DNA from: an uncultured Nitrospiraceae bacterium
GTDB taxonomy: Bacteria > Nitrospirota > Thermodesulfovibrionia > Thermodesulfovibrionales > Dissulfurispiraceae
DNA: 64,000 bases
NCBI GenBank assembly: GCA_963705105.1
Contig: CAVPIW010000005.1
Coordinates: 480,001 to 544,000 of the forward strand
Direction: 5' to 3'
The position numbers and the translations under genes are program-made. Below the pieces are notes generated by a model. That model was not told the DNA's origin. It was given only the letters and a program-made list of their open reading frames with translations, and ran no database searches. Position 1 is the stretch's first letter, and every line of letters begins with the position of its first letter. Positions 61,926 to 64,000 of the stretch are shown piece by piece.

Positions 61926-62840
61926 TCAGCGTCTCTCTTCCTCGCGGCTCCGCTGAAGAAATACTATGGAGACGATCACGAGGCCTGCCCCGGCCATCTG
62001 AACGGGTTCGAGGACCTCGCCGATAACGACGAATGACAGCACACCTGCTATGACCGGTTCGAGCGTCGCCGTGACGCTTGCCCTTGTCGCGCCGATTCTC
62101 GCGATGCCCTCGTTGTAAAGTCCGAAGGGCACAACCGTTCCGAATATCCCGACATAGAGGATCAGAAGCCAGAGTCCGGTCTCTCGCCCGTGAAAGAAGG
62201 ACTCGAAAGGGGGATGCAGCAGGTTCCAGATGAAGGCTGCGACGACCAGCGCAAGGCAAAGGACCAGCCAGGGATCGCGGCTCTTCATGTGCCGCTCGCT
62301 CATCAGCGAATACAGGGCGAAGGATATGGCGGAAAGGAGACCCGTTATGACGCCCTCCACATTCACGACGCTGACGTCGAGCCGGTATGCCCCGACCATG
62401 AGGAAGCAGCCGGTGACGGCCCCGCAAAGCACGGAGAAGAGCGGCAGCGTGAGCCTCTGATAACCGGCCAGGACGCTGTAAAGGGCTATGAGCACAGGCG
62501 CCTGGTACTGGAGAAGGATGGCGGCGGCCACAGGTATCTTGCTGATTGCGGACAGGTAGGTGAACTGGGCGGCCGCAAGAATCCCGCCGAGCAGGAGAAA
62601 CTGCCGGACGTCGCCCCGGCTGAAAACCAGGGCATGTCGCTTTCTCAACAGGATGAAGGATGTCAGGACTCCGGCCCCTATGGAAGTGCGGAGCTGCACA
62701 AGCTGGTAGGGAGACAGGCCGCTCTCGAAGAGGAACTTCGCCGCTGTGCCCGAGGCCGCCCAGAACGTCGCCGCCATGACGACGAGGATGTAACCGGTCC
62801 CGCTGCGCGGGGTGTTCCGCCTGAACTGACAAAGGATCAT
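61926..62840 (-). CDS. EamA/DMT family transporter (start approximate)
   Basis: About 10 TM; FWAASG, LLQYQAP, ATLEPV, GEVL. Confidence 0.88.
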   Translation of the reverse strand: MILCQFRRNTPRSGTGYILVVMAATFWAASGTAAKFLFESGLSPYQLVQLRTSIGAGVLTSFILLRKRHALVFSRGDVRQFLLLGGILAAAQFTYLSAISKIPVAAAILLQYQAPVLIALYSVLAGYQRLTLPLFSVLCGAVTGCFLMVGAYRLDVSVVNVEGVITGLLSAISFALYSLMSERHMKSRDPWLVLCLALVVAAFIWNLLHPPFESFFHGRETGLWLLILYVGIFGTVVPFGLYNEGIARIGATRASVTATLEPVIAGVLSFVVIGEVLEPVQMAGAGLVIVSIVFLQRSREEERR

Positions 62841-62946
62841 CGTTTGATTTACTATAATCGATAGGCCTGCGCTTTTTCCCGCTCTCTCCGTTTTTTCCGA
62901 AGGGGACGTCACCGGTGCGCAGGTTTCGCAGATTATGGTTTCGTAT

Positions 62947-63273
62947 ACCTTATTAGTTGCATGCAAAGACGGGACGAAGTGCCTCAAAGCCTTGCTGATC
63001 GAGACGTTGCCGCCGGGGAGGCAGATATGGGTCAAAGCCTTTCCAATGCGATGATGAGACATCGCCAGGTGTTCAGCGCCTGTTGCCTGACGGGCTTCCG
63101 GCATCGATGGACACGGCACAGGGTGGTCTGGTGATGATTAAGGTATCTTGGCGGAAAGGCTCTTCACCACATCAGCCTCCCCGCCCGGGTGTTCATAGGC
63201 TTGTTCCGACAGTTGACTGTTATTGGTGGCATCTTCGCCCCGCCTTTCCGGATGTTTTATTGCAGCGATAAGG
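62947..63273 (-). repeat. MITE-like family, copy I (termini with longer interior)
   Basis: accttattagttgcatg..gcctcaaagccttgctga at 62947-63000 and gccccgcctttccgg..tgcagcgataaggt at 63237-63273. Confidence 0.65.
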
Positions 63274-63322
63274 TATACAATACCGTCAGACACGGCGGTT
63301 TTGCGAAAGGAGGTTCGGAGGA

Positions 63323-63607
63323 ATGGTAAGCGCACTCGTTCTGTTAACGACTGATCGGGACAGGGTGAATGTCGTCGCCCAGCAGTTGGCCGACATCGAC
63401 GGCATTACGGAGGTCTTCTCGGTGGCCGGGCAATACGATCTCGCGGCGATCATCAGGGTCAGGGACAACGATGCCCTGGCTGAGCTCGTCACGAACCGGA
63501 TGCTGAAAGTCGAAGGCATCCAGCGGTCGGAAACGCTCATCGCATTCCGTGTCTTCTCGCGTCACGACCTGGAGTCCATGTTTTCGATCGGCATGAAAAA
63601 CCCCTGA
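63323..63607 (+). CDS. Lrp/AsnC ligand-binding domain protein
   Basis: EVFSVAGQYDL, GIQRSETLIAF. Confidence 0.88.
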   Translation: MVSALVLLTTDRDRVNVVAQQLADIDGITEVFSVAGQYDLAAIIRVRDNDALAELVTNRMLKVEGIQRSETLIAFRVFSRHDLESMFSIGMKNP

Positions 63608-63671
63608 TGGCCGAAGATCTCCCATGATGATTCGGCAGATACATTCACAGGTTTGACCGGGGTGCCGCACC

Positions 63672-64000
63672 ATGTATGAGGAATATTTCGGACTGAAGGG
63701 TCCGCCTTTTTCGATCGCCCCCGATCCCCGTTTCCTCTATATGAGCGGGCAACACCAGGAGGCCCTCGCCCATCTCCTTTACGGTCTGCGCAGCAACGGG
63801 GGCTTCGTCCTCCTGACGGGAGAGGTGGGGACCGGCAAGACGACGGTCTGCAGGCTCCTCCTGGAACAGGTCCCCGGTGATACCAATGTCGCCTTTATCA
63901 TCAATCCCCGGATCAATGTCGAAGAATTCCTGGCGACGTTCTGTGACGAACTGGGCATCGCGTATCCCGGGGGAAACCAGAGCGTCAAAGTCTTTGTGGA
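63672..64000 (+). CDS. ExeA/GspA family AAA ATPase, runs off the window
   Basis: MYEEYFGL..PFSIAPDPRFLY..HQEALAHLLYG..LTGEVGTGKTT. Confidence 0.9.
   Translation, partial: MYEEYFGLKGPPFSIAPDPRFLYMSGQHQEALAHLLYGLRSNGGFVLLTGEVGTGKTTVCRLLLEQVPGDTNVAFIINPRINVEEFLATFCDELGIAYPGGNQSVKVFV

Noticed and set aside
2653..63273. Dispersed repeat family as integron attC sites
   Set aside because: End polarity is GTT..AAC rather than RYYYAAC..GTTRRRY, copies lie between core genes, and no integron integrase is present
1..64000. tRNA, rRNA or prophage structural genes
   Set aside because: None recognised by eye; a covariance-model scan was not possible

Overview
Bacterial chromosomal window, GC-rich in its core genes. 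Gene content resembles Nitrospirota/Desulfobacterota (inference). Housekeeping blocks are rpmH-yidD-yidC-mnmE (no rnpA), a pilB/MCP/CheA-CheW-response regulator cluster, and yicC-remA-gmk-rpoZ-coaBC-pepP-efp-accB-accC-thiE. Two more AT-rich accessory islands interrupt these. Island 1 (~7.75-13.3 kb, at the 3' end of mnmE) holds an RNase H-like/DUF429 nuclease fusion, a truncated non-canonical PurA/PurZ-like gene fused by deletion to a type I HsdR remnant, RadC and an AlbA_2/HATPase protein. Island 2 (~44.7-59.3 kb) holds an IS256-split Mrr-type nuclease gene, an IS630 nested in IS3, nested group II intron remnants carrying an IS481, a UvrD-like pseudogene, and a tightly coupled five-gene operon. 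That operon encodes a dNMP kinase plus four dCTP-deaminase/dUTPase-fold paralogues, the last degenerate and fused to a transmembrane helix; it is the best candidate for an undescribed nucleotide-based (possibly antiphage) system. Also seen: an unannotated dual-CxxC selenoprotein with a SECIS-like hairpin, an EF-P with an atypical tip loop, and a dispersed ~200-bp inverted-repeat family, one copy of which appears to host the group II intron. All calls are by eye from the sequence; no searches were run.
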